A stretch of DNA of 38,287 bases. It comes from Octopus bimaculoides. Its lineage: Eukaryota. Below the pieces are notes generated by a model. That model was given only the letters and a program-made list of their open reading frames with translations, was not told the origin of the DNA and searched no databases. The stretch covers positions 134,489,006-134,527,292 of the forward strand of contig NC_068984.1 of assembly GCF_001194135.2 (NCBI RefSeq), read 5' to 3'. Of the stretch, positions 36,516 to 38,287 are shown in pieces (position 1 is the stretch's first letter; the number at the start of each line of letters is the position of its first letter). The translations under genes and the position numbers were made by a program.

Positions 36516-37784
36516 AAAAGCTATAACCGCAACGACATAAGAGATCTATATAAGTTATTGAAAACATCTTAAAAGCAAAAAACAAAAATATTGTGAAGAC
36601 GAGAAAAATGTCTCCGATAGGTGGAAAAGTTCCCGCTTTGACAGATTCAACAGCCTCTGGAAATGGCGATAGTGGACTGCTGTTAGTGACATTTCACTTG
36701 AGATATATTGTTCTCTGTCTGCGATTGACTAAGAATTGACACAGAAGCATAGCTCAACTCCTTCAGCAATTCATTGACATTTCTGACAAGATAATAAAGT
36801 GCTTAAATTAGAAACTGTGTATCATATGACATACCAATGAATACTCGAAGAAACTGGCATGATTCTTTATTTTTTCTTTGTTTTGTGATCTTCAAGACTT
36901 GTTTTATGGTTGAATAATAACTGGTGATTTTAAGAGCATAATCTTGATCAGTGGTTCTTAACCATCTGTACCTCAGCGACCAATATCATTGAATACAGTT
37001 TGACAAATGTGTGTTAAGCAATAAAAAAGAGGGGCGGCAGAATTATTTCTATTAAACAGAATCTAATTTTGCGGAATGGTTTATTATTTTCCATGTTTTC
37101 GATACAATCCCATCCAGCACGTACTTTTTTTTTAAACATATAGGCATGAATTAATGCTTTCATGATCAATATTTATGGAAATTACTACAAAAGGTGAAAA
37201 ACTTATATAGTGAAATCTTTTTGTATCTTAGCGCATAATCAGTCATATTTCTGCTCAATATCTTCCCAACAATATCTTTCTAACATTCAAATCTCAATAA
37301 AGAAGTGTTTTGTTTTTTAAATGTGCTTAAAATATGAATATCGTACTTTAAATATTCTTATTTCTTAGAAAAATCACAACCTCCCTTAAGTACTATAAAT
37401 CCCCATTGACATTTGCTGTCACCCTCAAAGTCTCTCCATGTCAACCCGCCAAGTGGGTGCTGCCGCCTTGGTTAAAGACTACAGGTTTTGATGAATATTA
37501 AGAGTTATTCACAGTAAATTTATCAGGAAAAATTGTGGTACTTTCTATAAAGGAAAAATCTTCAAGCTAATATAAAATATTTTCTATTTTGTTTTAACTG
37601 AAAACAAGCTTGTTTCAGTTAGTTCCCTTTAAGATATAACAAACCATAAAACCGATCTTAAAGTGTATAGTAAATACAGAGATTGACTTAGAATTGTATA
37701 ATGGTTTTTGTTCAAGAGACTCACAAACCAAAACAAAGACGAAGGAGTCTTTATGGAGTCGTTCAACCTGTTAAAACTAATAGC

Positions 37785-37920
37785 AAAATCTCCCTAAAAT
37801 CAAATCCTGTCGTCTTTCTAAGGACAAGACATATATAATGTAGTACAACACGCCGCTAAAAAGACGAGAAAATCATAGGTGGAATATATCATGTCAGGCT
37901 GATCTGGGGCTAAACGACAA
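37785..37920 (+). repeat. old dispersed repeat (same family), degraded
   Basis: aaatctccctaaaatca, ataatgtagt and ggctgatctggggctaaac motifs. Confidence 0.45.
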
Positions 37921-38087
37921 TAACAGCACAAGTGAACCACGAGTGTAAAGGGGAAATTTCTACTGGTTGTCAGACCCAAAAGAAATAGAAATCAAATCGC
38001 ACTCTATTTACACACAACTACCTCACAAACAGGATGGACAAATACAGCGAATAATGTAATTCTAGATACATTAGAATTAAAAATAAT

Positions 38088-38247
38088 GAGCAGTAGTGGT
38101 TGTGTGGTAAGAAGCTTGCTTCCCAACCACATGGTTCCGGGCTCAGTCCCACTGCATGGCACCTCGGGCAAGTGTCTTCTACTATAACCTCGGGCCGACC
38201 AAATCCTTGTGAGTGGATTTGGTAGGCGGAAACTTAAAGAAGCTCGT

Positions 38248-38250
<3 letters not shown>
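38088..38250 (+). mobile_element. head of the CORE-type SINE, running into (AT)n at the window end
   Basis: A-box-like TGGTTGTGTGG, B-box-like GGCTCAGTCCC and CORE-like cctcgggcaagtgtcttct; aligns with the reverse complement of 19973-20130. Confidence 0.92.

Positions 38251-38287
<37 letters not shown>

Noticed and set aside
36640-36800. Minus-strand acceptor plus frame NVNELLKELSYASVSILSQ
   Set aside because: The donor is weak, a stop follows early, and no homology is recognised.

Overview
AT-rich, microsatellite-dense metazoan genomic DNA with 11 assembly gaps (1095-1104, 2677-2686, 9543-9916, 14133-14142, 17917-18096, 19381-19955, 22244-22474, 24174-24446, 26500-26567, 28434-29083, 29885-30479), many flanked by (TA)n. 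The SINE families look like those I recall from octopus, so a coleoid cephalopod origin is inferred, not proven. No host protein-coding gene can be supported. The window reads as intronic or intergenic, and almost all listed ORFs are simple-repeat or N-run artefacts. Recognisable content: a dead DD37D (maT) Tc1/mariner element (~3.6-4.26 kb), a decayed mariner (~35.6-36.15 kb), a 5'-truncated RTE LINE end with a target-site duplication (TSD, 25.2-25.4 kb), a pogo/Tigger-like MITE (27.9-28.1 kb) and about ten tRNA-derived SINE copies. The most interesting signal is two unrelated minimal type-I hammerhead ribozyme motifs on the minus strand (26184-26218 and 33923-34024). Each lies in a short non-coding cassette bracketed by direct repeats, as expected for Penelope-like pseudo-LTRs or non-LTR retrozymes. 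The second has a 69-nt stem-II insertion with pseudoknot or switch potential and sits in a 1.24-mer of a 517-bp unit.
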